A stretch of 58,167 nucleotides of DNA from Candidatus Omnitrophota bacterium (lineage in GTDB: Bacteria > Omnitrophota > Gorgyraeia > Gygaellales > Profunditerraquicolaceae), in assembly GCA_029561735.1 (NCBI GenBank), contig JAKQWZ010000024.1:1-58167 (forward strand), written 5' to 3'. Below are positions 9,854-20,288 of the stretch, piece after piece; position 1 is the first letter of the stretch; the number at the start of each line of letters is the position of its first letter. The translations under genes and the position numbers were made by a program. The notes under the pieces are model-generated. The model had not been told where the DNA came from. It saw only the letters and a list, made by a program, of their open reading frames with translations, and ran no database searches.

Positions 9854-10694
9854 GGAGAATCCTCAAAACCTCCTCTGCCTGTTCCAGTTTTTCTTTAAGG
9901 CGGTTATACTCCTGCGCCGAAATTCCTGCCCGGGCAGGGGTATCTGAGAGCTTCTTTAAAAGCGTTTCTTTTTCTTCCAATCTGGCTTTTAAAACTTCAA
10001 GGTCTTTATTCCGGGCGTCCTCTTTTTCTTTATATGCGGCAATTTCCGCTTTCAGCTCTTCAGATTCTTTTCTTAAGGTATCGGTTTCTTGCGCCACAGA
10101 AGGCTGTGGCTGCCGGGTTTTGAGCTCTTCCAGCGCATCTGCCTGTGATTTCAGGGCTGTCCTATATTCGTTTACCTGCGCTTCCAAAGCGGATATTTTA
10201 TCAGTAAGTTCAGCTGATTTCTTTTCCTGAAGGACAAGTTTATTTATTTTTTCTTCAAGCTGGTTTTTCAATTCCGACCTCGTTGAAAGCTCTTTTTCCA
10301 GCTCCCGCTCTTTATTAAAGAGTTTTTCTTTTAGAGCCTGCGTATCTTCGCCAACGGGCTGAGGCGCTTTCATCCTCTCGGCATTAATCTGTTTAAAGCT
10401 ATCCAGTTCGCCTTTAAGCTCTGTTTCTATCTTCTTTGCCAGCTCCAGCTGTGCCTGCAAAGAGCGGTGCTCCAATACAAGTTTCTGCGTTTCAGCCTCA
10501 AGGGCAATTATCTGCTGTTCCAGTTTTTCCGCTGCCATATCGCTGACTGCAGGCAAAACCGGCCTGCTAACGCTTTTATCAATGCGCTGCCCTGAAGAAA
10601 ATAACGGATTTTCTTTATCCAGGACGCTATAGGCAATAAGCCCCAGCGCTGCCAATGCGCATAAAAAAGACAGGACTAAAGGATTCATTTCCAT
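9837..10694 (-). CDS. Membrane-anchored coiled-coil protein
   Basis: N-terminal TM (LVLSFLCALAALGLIAYSVL) followed by ~230 aa of E/K/L/Q-rich heptad sequence. Confidence 0.8.
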   Translation of the reverse strand: MEMNPLVLSFLCALAALGLIAYSVLDKENPLFSSGQRIDKSVSRPVLPAVSDMAAEKLEQQIIALEAETQKLVLEHRSLQAQLELAKKIETELKGELDSFKQINAERMKAPQPVGEDTQALKEKLFNKERELEKELSTRSELKNQLEEKINKLVLQEKKSAELTDKISALEAQVNEYRTALKSQADALEELKTRQPQPSVAQETDTLRKESEELKAEIAAYKEKEDARNKDLEVLKARLEEKETLLKKLSDTPARAGISAQEYNRLKEKLEQAEEVLRILHAADK

Positions 10695-10696
10695 TT

Positions 10697-11080
10697 TTAT
10701 TCCAATTTTAATTTTTTCCGCAGCTCATCAGGCATTGCCTTGGGCTTTAAATCGCATCCTACGCAAACCAAAAGCGACTGGCCTCTGCAGATAAGCACAT
10801 CAGCCTGATTTCTTACTTCATGCTCAAAATTTAATTTCACGCTTGAAAAATCAATAATGTTGCTTGTAATTTTAAGCTCATCAGAGTAACGGGCGGGAAA
10901 TTTATAATCCACTTCCTGATGCGCCACAACAAACATCACGCCCTGCCCTGCAAGCTCTTTAAGCTGCAGGCCTGCTTTCTCAAAATGTTCAGTGCGGGCA
11001 GCCTCAAAGTATTTTAAGTAATTAGCGTAATAGACTACGCCGCCGCAGTCAGTATCATGATAATATATCTTTACTTTCAT
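10697..11080 (-). CDS. ybgC: YbgC/FadM-family acyl-CoA thioesterase (hotdog fold)
   Basis: YYHDTDCGGVVYYANYLKYFEAAR signature. Confidence 0.85.
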   Translation of the reverse strand: MKVKIYYHDTDCGGVVYYANYLKYFEAARTEHFEKAGLQLKELAGQGVMFVVAHQEVDYKFPARYSDELKITSNIIDFSSVKLNFEHEVRNQADVLICRGQSLLVCVGCDLKPKAMPDELRKKLKLE

Positions 11081-11459
11081 TTTTCTTCTCTATCCTGAAA
11101 TCAGAACCAAACACATTTAAATCCCTGTTAAAGTCGTAAACATCATTAAAATCTTCTGTTGAATCGCTTTCGTTTTTACTCATCAGCCCGTGGTCAATCA
11201 TATTAAAAACGATCGCGCCGAAATCAGCTGTCTTTTCAACCCCCCAGCTGTTGAATACCGTCTTGGTCAAGGGGCCGAATTGGTCCATCCCGAACCTTCT
11301 GATGCCCTTTACTAATTCCTGCCCGCTGACATGGCCTTTTCTACTCAAGTCTTTCTGGGTACGCGTTAACGCCAGCATCACAAATTCATACGCATCGGCC
11401 TTGTAACGCGGGTCTTTTTCAACTATCCGGCTTACTTTCTTATTAAAATCGGTTTTCAT
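11055..11459 (-). CDS. Minf_1886-family protein (Verrucomicrobia/Planctomycetes-type)
   Basis: DPRYKADAYEFVMLAL...HVSGQEL...QFGPL...WGV...DFGAIVFNMI pattern. Confidence 0.8.
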   Translation of the reverse strand: MKTDFNKKVSRIVEKDPRYKADAYEFVMLALTRTQKDLSRKGHVSGQELVKGIRRFGMDQFGPLTKTVFNSWGVEKTADFGAIVFNMIDHGLMSKNESDSTEDFNDVYDFNRDLNVFGSDFRIEKKNESKDILS

Positions 11460-11689
11460 GGTTTTATGATTTGGACTGCCTTAAACCTGCTTTTCAACCC
11501 CTTTACAATACTGATCCTTGATTTAGGCAGGCCGAAATAATCGCTTAGCAGTTCCTTTACAGCCTCATTTGCCCTGCCTTCTTTGGCCTGCGGCCTTACT
11601 TTGGCGTAATATTGGCTGTCGCTTATTTTCTCTAATTCTTCTTTTTTTGAATTAGGCCTGACTTTAATTGTCAACCTGTATACTTTCAT
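11456..11689 (-). CDS. DUF167/YggU-family protein
   Basis: IKVRPNSKK...EGRANEAV...IVKGLKSRFK pattern; 77 aa. Confidence 0.85.
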   Translation of the reverse strand: MKVYRLTIKVRPNSKKEELEKISDSQYYAKVRPQAKEGRANEAVKELLSDYFGLPKSRISIVKGLKSRFKAVQIIKP

Positions 11690-11722
11690 TTAATTTTATC
11701 ACAGATTATACGGCTTAGGCAA

Positions 11723-14700
11723 CTATTCTTTGCTTTCTTTTTCTTTTTGTTTTTGTTCCACGATCCCGGCGGCGATCTCTTTGGGGACCTGGCCGTATTT
11801 CATAAATTCCATGCTGGCGTTCGCCCTGCCGCTGCTTAAAGACCTGAACATTGTTGCATATCCGAACATCTCCGCCAAGGGGACCTCGGCTGCAACCACC
11901 TTTTGATTTGCCTTGGCTTCCATACTTAATATTTTGCCTCTGCGCGAACAGATATTACCGACTATGGCGCTGACAAATTCCTCCGGAGTTGTCACAACCA
12001 GCGACATATAAGGCTCAAGCAAAACAGGCTCGCATTTTAAAAAACCATGTTTAAAACAGTTGATCGCCGCCAGCTTAAAAGCTATATCCGATGAATCAAC
12101 TTCATGATATGATCCGTCAACCAGATTAACCCGGACATCAACAACCGGAAAGCCGGCAAAAGCCCCTTTTTGCATTGCCTCAACCAGGCCCTTTTCAACC
12201 GAAGGAATAAAATTCTTGGGGATAGCCCCGCCTCTTATACTATCAATAAATTCAAGCCCCTTGCCGGTTTCAGCAGGAGAAAGTTCAAATACAACATGGC
12301 CGTACTGGCCGCGCCCTCCTGACTGCTTAACATGCTTATACTCTTCAGTAACCGATTTTAATATAGTTTCGCGGTATGCGACTTTTGGCTGGCCGACTAT
12401 TGCTTCAACCCCGAATTCGGTCTTAAGCCTGTCTACAATTATTTCCAGATGCAGCTCGCCCATGCCGGTAAGGATAGTTTCTTTGGTCTCTTCATCGCTT
12501 TTAACAATAAAAGTTGGGTCTTCTTCCATTAAGCGGTTAAGCGCCTTGCCCAGTTTATCCTGGTCTGAACGGGTCTTTGGGGAAATGCTCAATGATACAA
12601 CCGGGACAGGAAATTCAATTGATTCAAGCAAAACCGGGTTCTCCGGGTCACAAAGCGTATCCCCTGTCATTGTATTATTTAATCCTATGGCCGCAACTAT
12701 CTCTCCGGCTAAAGCATATTCCTTGATCTCGCGCTGGTTTGCATGCATCTGCAATATGCGCCCTACGCGCTCTTTTTTATCTTTAGTAGAATTTAGGACA
12801 TAGGAACCTGCATAAAGGCAGCCGGAATATACCCTTAAATAAACCAGTTTTCCCATATGGGGGTCTGACTGGACTTTAAAAGCAAGCGCGGAAAACGGCT
12901 CGTTTACGTCAGGGGCCCTTTGGCAGGTCTTTTCAAAATCTTCCACATCATGGGCAATTACCGCAGGCAGGTCCAGCGGCGAAGGCAAAAACATAACCAC
13001 TGCATCCAGTAATTTTTGTACTCCCTTGTTCTTAAAGGCTGAACCGCATACAACCGGGACAATCCTGTTGGCTATTACGGCCTTGCGCATCCCGGCGATG
13101 AGTTCTTCAATTGTGATCGTATCCGGAGCCTCCAGAAATTTTTTCGTAAGGGCTTCATCGCAAGAAGCAACCTTTTCTACCAGTTCATGCCTGTATTTAT
13201 CGGATACTTCCTTATAATCTGCGGGGATCTCTTCAATTACAAAATCCTTGCCCATGCCTTCTTCCTGATAGATATATGCCTTCATTTCCAAAAGGTCAAC
13301 CACTCCCCGGAAATTTTCTTCCTGCCCCAGTGGTATTTCAATAGGGGCGGCATTTGCGCCGAGTATATCAGTTATTGATTTGACCACTGAAAAAAAGTCT
13401 GCTCCGGTACGGTCCATTTTATTCACAAAGGCAATCTTCGGCACATTATATTTATTTGACTGGTGCCATACTGTTTCCGACTGCGGTTCAACTCCCCCTA
13501 CTGCGCAAAAAACCGCGACTGCCCCGTCTAATATGCGCAAAGACCTTTCCACCTCAACAGTAAAATCAACATGCCCGGGGGTATCAATCAGGTTTATCCT
13601 GTGGCCCTTCCAAAAACAGGTAGTTGCCGCGGAAGTAATTGTAATGCCTCTTTCCTGCTCCTGCTTCATCCAGTCCATCTGGGCTTTACCGTCATGCACC
13701 TCGCCGATCTTATGCGATCTGCCGGTATAAAAAAGGATGCGTTCGCTGGTTGTGGTTTTACCGGCATCAATATGCGCCATTATGCCGATATTGCGCACTT
13801 TGGTCAGGTCCTGCTTTGGCAAATCTGACGGCTTCTTAGGCGCAGGCTCTTTAGCCGATTCTGCTTGTGGTTCAGGTTCAGGTTTATTCTCAGGTTCAGG
13901 CTCTTTAGCCGGTTCTACTTGAGGCTCAGGTTCAGGTTTTTTCTCGGGTTCAGGCTCTTTAGCCAAGGCTTCAGGCTTGATATTTTCAACAGGGGTATTC
14001 TGCGCTGGCTCCGCAGCAGCTGCCAACTGAATTGGTGCAGAAGCTTGAGCAGCCTCCAATTCTTTTTCAATCAACGTATATTCGTCATTTAATTTATTAA
14101 ATTCCTGCCTGAATTTTTCATGCTCTTTTTTAAAATCATCAAATTTCTCCTGTAAGGCGTCGTATTCCTCTTTAGAAATCCAACCGCTTTTTTCATGCTC
14201 TTTTTTTAAATCATTGAGTTTATCAACCTGCGCCTTTAATTCGCCTGTGCGGGCTTCCAGCTCCCTGCTAAGTTTTTCGCCCTGTGCCTTAAAGCTCAAT
14301 ATCTCTTCAGACTTTTTCCTGCCCTCTTCAGTAAGATTTTTAACCTGACTATCAAGCTCCTGGATTTCTTTGGACAGCCGGACATTCTTGGTAAAAAGGT
14401 CTTTAAGTTCCTTTTCTTTTTCTATGTATTTATTGCGTAAATCCAGATTTTCATCTTTAACCCGCTTTAGCGCTTCATCGCTCTTAGCCACCCACTCCTG
14501 CCTGCGCCTGACCTCTTCCTCAAGCTCGCTGTCGCGCGCTTTTATAGACTGGGAGGAACTTTGCAAATCTGTAAATTCTTTTTTGGTTTTTTCTAATTCT
14601 GCTTCAAGCGCAGATATCCTTGATTCCTGGCGAGTATATTGTTCCAGCTTTGTCGGAGGGATTATGTTTGGGGCAGTGGATTTAACTGGTTTAGTTTTTT

Positions 14701-14788
14701 TTCTTGATGTGCTGGAAGGCGGGCTCATCAGGCCAAAAATAGCAAGCCCTACGCCCAATAACAACAGGCTGGACAGCAGTATTATCAT
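11723..14788 (-). CDS. fusA: Elongation factor G paralog with a ~322-aa N-terminal extension (TM helix + coiled coil + Pro/Glu linker)
   Basis: [57 protein letters not shown] and [11 protein letters not shown] are all intact. The reading frame is continuous from an ATG that overlaps the upstream stop (ATGA at 14785-14788). Confidence 0.93.
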   Translation of the reverse strand: MIILLSSLLLLGVGLAIFGLMSPPSSTSRKKTKPVKSTAPNIIPPTKLEQYTRQESRISALEAELEKTKKEFTDLQSSSQSIKARDSELEEEVRRRQEWVAKSDEALKRVKDENLDLRNKYIEKEKELKDLFTKNVRLSKEIQELDSQVKNLTEEGRKKSEEILSFKAQGEKLSRELEARTGELKAQVDKLNDLKKEHEKSGWISKEEYDALQEKFDDFKKEHEKFRQEFNKLNDEYTLIEKELEAAQASAPIQLAAAAEPAQNTPVENIKPEALAKEPEPEKKPEPEPQVEPAKEPEPENKPEPEPQAESAKEPAPKKPSDLPKQDLTKVRNIGIMAHIDAGKTTTSERILFYTGRSHKIGEVHDGKAQMDWMKQEQERGITITSAATTCFWKGHRINLIDTPGHVDFTVEVERSLRILDGAVAVFCAVGGVEPQSETVWHQSNKYNVPKIAFVNKMDRTGADFFSVVKSITDILGANAAPIEIPLGQEENFRGVVDLLEMKAYIYQEEGMGKDFVIEEIPADYKEVSDKYRHELVEKVASCDEALTKKFLEAPDTITIEELIAGMRKAVIANRIVPVVCGSAFKNKGVQKLLDAVVMFLPSPLDLPAVIAHDVEDFEKTCQRAPDVNEPFSALAFKVQSDPHMGKLVYLRVYSGCLYAGSYVLNSTKDKKERVGRILQMHANQREIKEYALAGEIVAAIGLNNTMTGDTLCDPENPVLLESIEFPVPVVSLSISPKTRSDQDKLGKALNRLMEEDPTFIVKSDEETKETILTGMGELHLEIIVDRLKTEFGVEAIVGQPKVAYRETILKSVTEEYKHVKQSGGRGQYGHVVFELSPAETGKGLEFIDSIRGGAIPKNFIPSVEKGLVEAMQKGAFAGFPVVDVRVNLVDGSYHEVDSSDIAFKLAAINCFKHGFLKCEPVLLEPYMSLVVTTPEEFVSAIVGNICSRRGKILSMEAKANQKVVAAEVPLAEMFGYATMFRSLSSGRANASMEFMKYGQVPKEIAAGIVEQKQKEKESKE
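13845..13964 (-). repeat. 54-bp (18-aa) tandem repeat encoding the AKEPEPExKPEPEPQxEx linker
   Basis: GGCTCTTTAGCC recurs at 13845, 13899 and 13953 (54-bp period). Confidence 0.85.
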
Positions 14789-15408
14789 TTAGGCTCCGAG
14801 CATTTAGAAGAAATCTGCGGCTTTATTACGCCGCCGGAGATTACAATCTTAAAGGCTTCGGTAACCGAAATATCCAAAAATTTAACTTCCTGCTTTGGGA
14901 CAAAAATAAGAAATCCGCTCAATGGGCTGGGGGTGTTAGGAACCAGGACAGAAATGAAATCTTTGCCCAATACAGAGTCCAAACAGGAAAAATCCTCATT
15001 AGTTACAAAACCCATTGACCATATCCCCTTTGAAGGATACTGGACAAGCACTACGCTGCGAAAACCATAATCCCTTTGCGAAGCAATAAAAGAAACAATT
15101 TGCTTTAATCCCGGGTATATCTTTTTTACCAGAGGCAGGCTGCCAAACCATTTTTCAAAGGGCAAAAGCAGGCGTTTGAAGAAAAGCTGGTTGGCAATAT
15201 AACCGACGAACAGCAAAATGCATGCGGCAATGATAAAACCAACGCCCGGGATATAAAAGCCGAGTTTGTTCTGCAAATAGGTGTTCAGGTACCGGCCCAG
15301 TATATTATCGGAAAAACGAAAAATAGCCAGAAGCACAATTATAGTTATAAAAACCGGGGATACTACAACTAAGCCGGTGATAAAGTATTTTTTTATTTTT
15401 TTAAACAT
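14785..15408 (-). CDS. DUF502-family membrane protein
   Basis: KYFITGL..., [31 protein letters not shown] motifs. Confidence 0.85.
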   Translation of the reverse strand: MFKKIKKYFITGLVVVSPVFITIIVLLAIFRFSDNILGRYLNTYLQNKLGFYIPGVGFIIAACILLFVGYIANQLFFKRLLLPFEKWFGSLPLVKKIYPGLKQIVSFIASQRDYGFRSVVLVQYPSKGIWSMGFVTNEDFSCLDSVLGKDFISVLVPNTPSPLSGFLIFVPKQEVKFLDISVTEAFKIVISGGVIKPQISSKCSEPK

Positions 15409-15409
15409 A

Positions 15410-16876
15410 TTAGATCAAAAACCTTCTTTTTTTAATCAAAGGGCTGCTGTTAATATTTTTTCTTATTTCAGGCGCAATACCCGGCTTGCCTAATTTGACA
15501 TACATATAGTTCTTATAGCCTTCTACTCCGGGCTGGTCAAAGGCATTGATATTTAGCAACTCGCCTTCAAAAGCAATACTCAACTCAAAGAAAAACAGTA
15601 ATCCGCCCCAATAGAAAGCCGAAACTTCAGGCAGGGTTATCGTGCAATTAGGCCTCTGCTGCCTTACCAGCGCCCATTCAGTGGCCTCTTGCGCCAGCTT
15701 AAGCAGGCCTGAATAGGATTTACCGGATATAATTCCGCAGTTATGCGGCAGCATAATATCGGAAATAAATTTATCTACGCGGATAAAAGTTATCGCCTTA
15801 TCATTCTGCCCCTCAATATTGTTCTGCTGAATAGAGTGGAGATCGGTTGTCCCGCGGCAGGCAACAGGTGTTATGCCGGTATTGACCTTGCGGTTTTTAT
15901 CCGCAACCCAGCGTTCTGTGCCTTCGGGTAAAAGTACAACCTTACGAGCGTATTTTTTTCCGATACTCTCGCCTAAAAGCTGGCAATACCAGTCAGCAGT
16001 AGATTTAAGCCCTTCTGAAAAAGGCATGAGGATACTGATGCTTTTGCCTTTTTTACGGTAAAGTATATAATGCAGGGCCGCGTTCAGGTAAGCCGGGTTC
16101 TTGAATATATCAGGACTGCTGCAACGTTGATACATCGCAGCTGCTCCGTTTAAAACCTGTTTTATATCCACACCTATCAGGCTCAAATGCAGTAACCCCA
16201 TATTAAATTCGGAAAACCTGCCGCCGACCCCTTTTAATAATGGCAGACTTCTAAAGCTTAATTTGTCCTTTGCCTGCTCCTCGGCAACAAGCCTGCGCAG
16301 AGAGCCGTGTTCAGGATCGGTTATAGCAACTATCTGCCTGCCGTAATTACGGCCAATAGATCTTTTCAGCCATTGACGGACAACTTCAAATGCTGCCTTT
16401 GTCTCGGTTGTCTCGCCTGATTTGGAAATAACAACCACAAAAGTTTTTTTAGGTTTAAGATTTCTTAATAAAACCGAGAGTGTCTGCGGGTCAAGGTTAT
16501 TGCCGTCAAAATATATCTTTGGCCGGCCCTTTCTTAGAGCCGGGAATTCGTTATAATAAGGCTGGCTTAAAGCATCCTGGGCTGCCTTAAGCCCCAGATA
16601 AGACCCGCCTATGCCCAAAAATAAAACAGATTCAAACCTTGATATCAGCCGCGACAATTGCAAAATCTTATCAATATCAGCTTTGCTTTGAAACGGCAGA
16701 TTCGCCCACTCAAGGCCTAACGCAACCCTGTCTGACTGTGAATCAAGGCACTTGCTCAAGTGTTTATGCGCTAAAGCCGCAGGCTTAAGCATAGACATAA
16801 GATCAGCCTCGCTGGCCCCATGCCTGCCTACGCTAAAAGAAAACATACTGTTAAAGTCAAATTTTATCTCTTTCAT
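15410..16876 (-). CDS. pgi: Glucose-6-phosphate isomerase
   Basis: LGIGGSYLG, ISKSGET, GGRFS, QLLGESIGK and FDQPGVE motifs. Confidence 0.93.
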   Translation of the reverse strand: MKEIKFDFNSMFSFSVGRHGASEADLMSMLKPAALAHKHLSKCLDSQSDRVALGLEWANLPFQSKADIDKILQLSRLISRFESVLFLGIGGSYLGLKAAQDALSQPYYNEFPALRKGRPKIYFDGNNLDPQTLSVLLRNLKPKKTFVVVISKSGETTETKAAFEVVRQWLKRSIGRNYGRQIVAITDPEHGSLRRLVAEEQAKDKLSFRSLPLLKGVGGRFSEFNMGLLHLSLIGVDIKQVLNGAAAMYQRCSSPDIFKNPAYLNAALHYILYRKKGKSISILMPFSEGLKSTADWYCQLLGESIGKKYARKVVLLPEGTERWVADKNRKVNTGITPVACRGTTDLHSIQQNNIEGQNDKAITFIRVDKFISDIMLPHNCGIISGKSYSGLLKLAQEATEWALVRQQRPNCTITLPEVSAFYWGGLLFFFELSIAFEGELLNINAFDQPGVEGYKNYMYVKLGKPGIAPEIRKNINSSPLIKKRRFLI

Positions 16877-16942
16877 AATTATCCTTTCTTGATTCTTTAT
16901 TTTATCACAACCCAGTCAATCTTCAATATTTTAATAACGGCA

Positions 16943-19429
16943 TCACTGAAATATGGCTTCGGTTACGCTTTTTATGATATCTACAACCGCGGTTTTAAAT
17001 TGATGCCTTGGTTTCTGCAAAGTCCCGGTAATAGTGATAACGCCGAATCTGCCGGCTGAGCCCATAATTGCGGTAGCTACATCTTTAAAGGTGCCGGTAA
17101 CCGGGATCATTTTATCGCTTACCTGCACATTGATTAAAGCATCAATAGCAGAATCAAACCCGATCCGGCATTTGCCGGTCAACTTTGCCAGATCGCTGTT
17201 CATTATGATGTTATCGGAACTGACTGTTTTGTTGTTGACTGTAAAAAAACAAGATGCTTCTTTAAAATCAATATTGGCAAAATCCTTGGCAAAAATAAGT
17301 TTTCCCATGCCCTGAAACAGGTTCAACTGCCATAATTTTCCGTTTATGATATTGATTTTACCCACCCCGTTTAACTTAGCTGCATCTTCTAACTCGCCGC
17401 TTAAGGAAACCTCCGAGGATAAAGAGCCGGCGATATCGTTTTTCTTAAGCGCGGTATCATTTTTTAATTCTTTAATCTCAACCCGGTCAATCCATGCCTT
17501 AAGGGTAAAGGGAAACATTTTCTTATTATAATCAATGCCAACACTTCCCTTTAGAGAGCCTGAATAAAGCTTTATATCAACAGGATCAATTCTGCCAAAA
17601 CCATTTTCCTGAAGATAACCTATCAAAAGATTGTCCGCCTTTAAACCGAACAAACGCACATCCTGGGCTTTTGCGCTGCCCTTGATATAACATGATTTAA
17701 TATTATTTAAATTCCCGGATAAAGAAAATTTCGTTGCCACAAACCCTGCGGGATTAGCCTTCTGCAACTGTTTGGGGAAAATCTTAATCAGATTATTCAG
17801 TGAGACTTTAGCGTTAACAACAATATCAGCTAAAGGGGAATCGCTGCGGCTGATATCAACGGTGCCGCTTAAGCTGCCTTCAGAATCAAGATACGCGGCA
17901 TTGCATTGCAATATATCCAATACCTTATTATTGAGCTTGAACTCTGAATTTACAGAAATATCCCTGGATTTCAGCTTTACAGCCACTAAAGGCGCTTTAA
18001 AGCCGGCAACTGACCCCGTACTTGTATAATCAATCCCGTCATAGTTAAATGCCGGCAGTTTCCATTCCAGAGAATCCTGAGTAAAATCAATTCTTCCGCT
18101 GACGCCTGTAAATGGTTTTTTAAAAGCTTCTGCGCTGGCCACCGCATTATTGAATTCAAGGGCCCCGTTTATCAGGGGGGGCGTACCGCTGGAGACCTGT
18201 GAACGGATAGTAACTGTCAGATTGGAATTGCCTTTAAGTTTTACCGGCAGAGAAAATTTTGTTATACTTTTTAATAAACCGTGCATATTCTCCAATTCAG
18301 GAGCAGCAAAAATCTGTATAAATAATTTAGGGCTTTGGAAATTATCAATTTTAAGTTTTGCTTTGGCAGGAATACCTAAAATATCAGCTGTTATATTATC
18401 GCTGGCAAGAGCTGATTCATTGAATTTTATAACTGCGGATAACCCCTTAAGCGTGCCTGCAAATTCAAGCCCCGAGACCATTGCATTATTGATACGTGAC
18501 TGGCCGGAGAATTTACATACCCTGTTTTGCGGATTATAGTTAAGGTCAATATTGGTCTTAGAATCAAAGTTGGCTTTAATATTGTCCTTGCTGATTCCGC
18601 AGCCGGAAAGTAAAGCCTCGGCTTTAAAAGCTAAAAGATTGTTTTTACGCTGCAAATTTACAGTTATATCTGCATTGCCGGAATCTGCAATAAGGCCGTA
18701 ATTACTGATATATTCGCGCAGTTCAGTTAACTGCAAAGACTTGCCAGTGAAACTTGCCGAAAGCTCCTCTTTGGGAATATTATAGATGCCTGCGGCGCTG
18801 ACCTGCTGCGGCTCCTTTGATGGAACATACAGTTTAAAGTTAAACTTTATTTCAGAAGGCAAAGATAAATAAACAGACGCATTAATATTATCCAGCGTCT
18901 TATTAATGGCAGGATTAAATGTGCTATCTTTAAAATATAAGGAGCTATTTCTTATATTTATTCTTTTGACAATAAGGTTAAAACCGGATACGGGCCTGAC
19001 CGGCTGTTTCTTTTGCGTAGCTTCCTGCCGGGGGGGCTGCTGCGGCTGGCCCTGCATATCAAAAAAGTCAGCGATATCAAAAGTATTATCAGGGCGCCTT
19101 TCCAAAAATACTTGGGCCTGCCTGATATTAATCCAGGGAATTATTATTTCTTTTTTTAAAAACGGCAGTGGTAAAAAACTGCAGTCGGCCTCTGAAAGCG
19201 ATAAGATAACCTGCCCTTTATCCGAGACCACCAGCCCTTTTATGACCAACCCGCGAAAAAAAGAGAATTCAACTTTATCCAGTTTTACTTCTTTTTTAGT
19301 CTGTTTGGTAAGGCCGTCAATTATCAGGGCCTTGACCTTGGCAGGAATGACAAATCTGTTAACGATAAAACTCGCGCAGGAAATAAAGACAACGGATATT
19401 AAAAGAACAAGCAAAATTTTCTTCAACAT
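16943..19429 (-). CDS. AsmA-like / DUF748 envelope-spanning protein
   Basis: N-terminal TM anchor followed by ~800 aa of beta-rich repeats ending in an AsmA-like C-terminal module (ITITGTLQKP). Confidence 0.75.
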   Translation of the reverse strand: MLKKILLVLLISVVFISCASFIVNRFVIPAKVKALIIDGLTKQTKKEVKLDKVEFSFFRGLVIKGLVVSDKGQVILSLSEADCSFLPLPFLKKEIIIPWINIRQAQVFLERRPDNTFDIADFFDMQGQPQQPPRQEATQKKQPVRPVSGFNLIVKRINIRNSSLYFKDSTFNPAINKTLDNINASVYLSLPSEIKFNFKLYVPSKEPQQVSAAGIYNIPKEELSASFTGKSLQLTELREYISNYGLIADSGNADITVNLQRKNNLLAFKAEALLSGCGISKDNIKANFDSKTNIDLNYNPQNRVCKFSGQSRINNAMVSGLEFAGTLKGLSAVIKFNESALASDNITADILGIPAKAKLKIDNFQSPKLFIQIFAAPELENMHGLLKSITKFSLPVKLKGNSNLTVTIRSQVSSGTPPLINGALEFNNAVASAEAFKKPFTGVSGRIDFTQDSLEWKLPAFNYDGIDYTSTGSVAGFKAPLVAVKLKSRDISVNSEFKLNNKVLDILQCNAAYLDSEGSLSGTVDISRSDSPLADIVVNAKVSLNNLIKIFPKQLQKANPAGFVATKFSLSGNLNNIKSCYIKGSAKAQDVRLFGLKADNLLIGYLQENGFGRIDPVDIKLYSGSLKGSVGIDYNKKMFPFTLKAWIDRVEIKELKNDTALKKNDIAGSLSSEVSLSGELEDAAKLNGVGKINIINGKLWQLNLFQGMGKLIFAKDFANIDFKEASCFFTVNNKTVSSDNIIMNSDLAKLTGKCRIGFDSAIDALINVQVSDKMIPVTGTFKDVATAIMGSAGRFGVITITGTLQKPRHQFKTAVVDIIKSVTEAIFQ

Positions 19430-19846
19430 TTATTCACCGATTATCTTGATCAGGACCCTTTTCCTTCTCTGGCCGTCAAATTCCGCGTAGAAAACCTGCT
19501 CCCATGGCCCGAAATCAAGTTTACCGGCAGTAACTGCCACTACCACCTCCCTGCCCATAATTGTCCTTTTTAAATGCGCATCGCCGTTATCTTCTCCGGT
19601 CAGGTTATGTTTATATTTATCTGCTCCGTAAGGGGCCAGTTTTTCAAGCCAAACGCTAAAATCCTGATGCAGGCCGGATTCATTGTCATTTATAAAGACG
19701 CTTGAGGTAATATGCATGGAATTAACCAAACAAAGCCCTTCCTTGATCCTGCTTTTAACCACAGCCTCCTGGACCTGCGCGGTAATATTTACAAAATCGT
19801 ATCTTTTTTTAGTGTTGAGCCAGAGATACTCGGTATATGATTTCAT
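19430..19846 (-). CDS. yjbQ: YjbQ/UPF0047 family protein
   Basis: [36 protein letters not shown] motifs. Confidence 0.9.
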   Translation of the reverse strand: MKSYTEYLWLNTKKRYDFVNITAQVQEAVVKSRIKEGLCLVNSMHITSSVFINDNESGLHQDFSVWLEKLAPYGADKYKHNLTGEDNGDAHLKRTIMGREVVVAVTAGKLDFGPWEQVFYAEFDGQRRKRVLIKIIGE

Positions 19847-19854
19847 GGAAAGGC

Positions 19855-20286
19855 CTATTGCTGCAGTTTAAGTTCGGTTTCTTTGGAGCCATCGTCAATA
19901 ATTACGCTGTCGGGATTTATCCTGATTATCTGTTTTCCCTGAATAGTATCACCGGCCTTTAGTATGCGCTCATTAATCATTGCCAAGGGCTGATTCTTAT
20001 CCCAGATTATGCCGACTAAACGAAGCGCCGAAGCTTTTTTTTCTGACAGGTATAACCTGCCGCTAAACGGATCCCTGCCCCACTCAGCTTCTTCAGCATA
20101 TTGGCCGGCCACTGGCATAACGGCCTTAGCCGGCTTGCCTGCCTGCGTAGGCGCAGAAACATTAGCAGCAATTGGCGTACCGGGCTTTTTCTTTCTGGCC
20201 GCAACTTTAATGCTGTTAACTAAGGCAAAAACAAATATAACGACCAGTAAAGCGGTAACAGCTATTTCAATCTTTTTTTTCTCCAT
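19855..20286 (-). CDS. GspB/PilP-like pilus/T2SS accessory protein
   Basis: TM anchor, RDPF motif and LVGIIWD...AMIN...GD.I C-terminal domain; follows pilO. Confidence 0.7.
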   Translation of the reverse strand: MEKKKIEIAVTALLVVIFVFALVNSIKVAARKKKPGTPIAANVSAPTQAGKPAKAVMPVAGQYAEEAEWGRDPFSGRLYLSEKKASALRLVGIIWDKNQPLAMINERILKAGDTIQGKQIIRINPDSVIIDDGSKETELKLQQ

Positions 20287-20288
20287 GG

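Noticed and set aside
12216-12803. Long plus-strand ORFs opposite real genes (also 18906-19490, 30892-31542, 31549-32109, 53759-54415 and many shorter ones)
   Set aside because: Antisense shadows of conserved minus-strand genes, with no motifs or RBS.
11723-14788. TM-EF-G fusion as an ORF-calling artefact
   Set aside because: The frame is continuous, the upstream start is translationally coupled and the junction is a coherent repeat linker. An assembly error cannot be fully excluded without reads.
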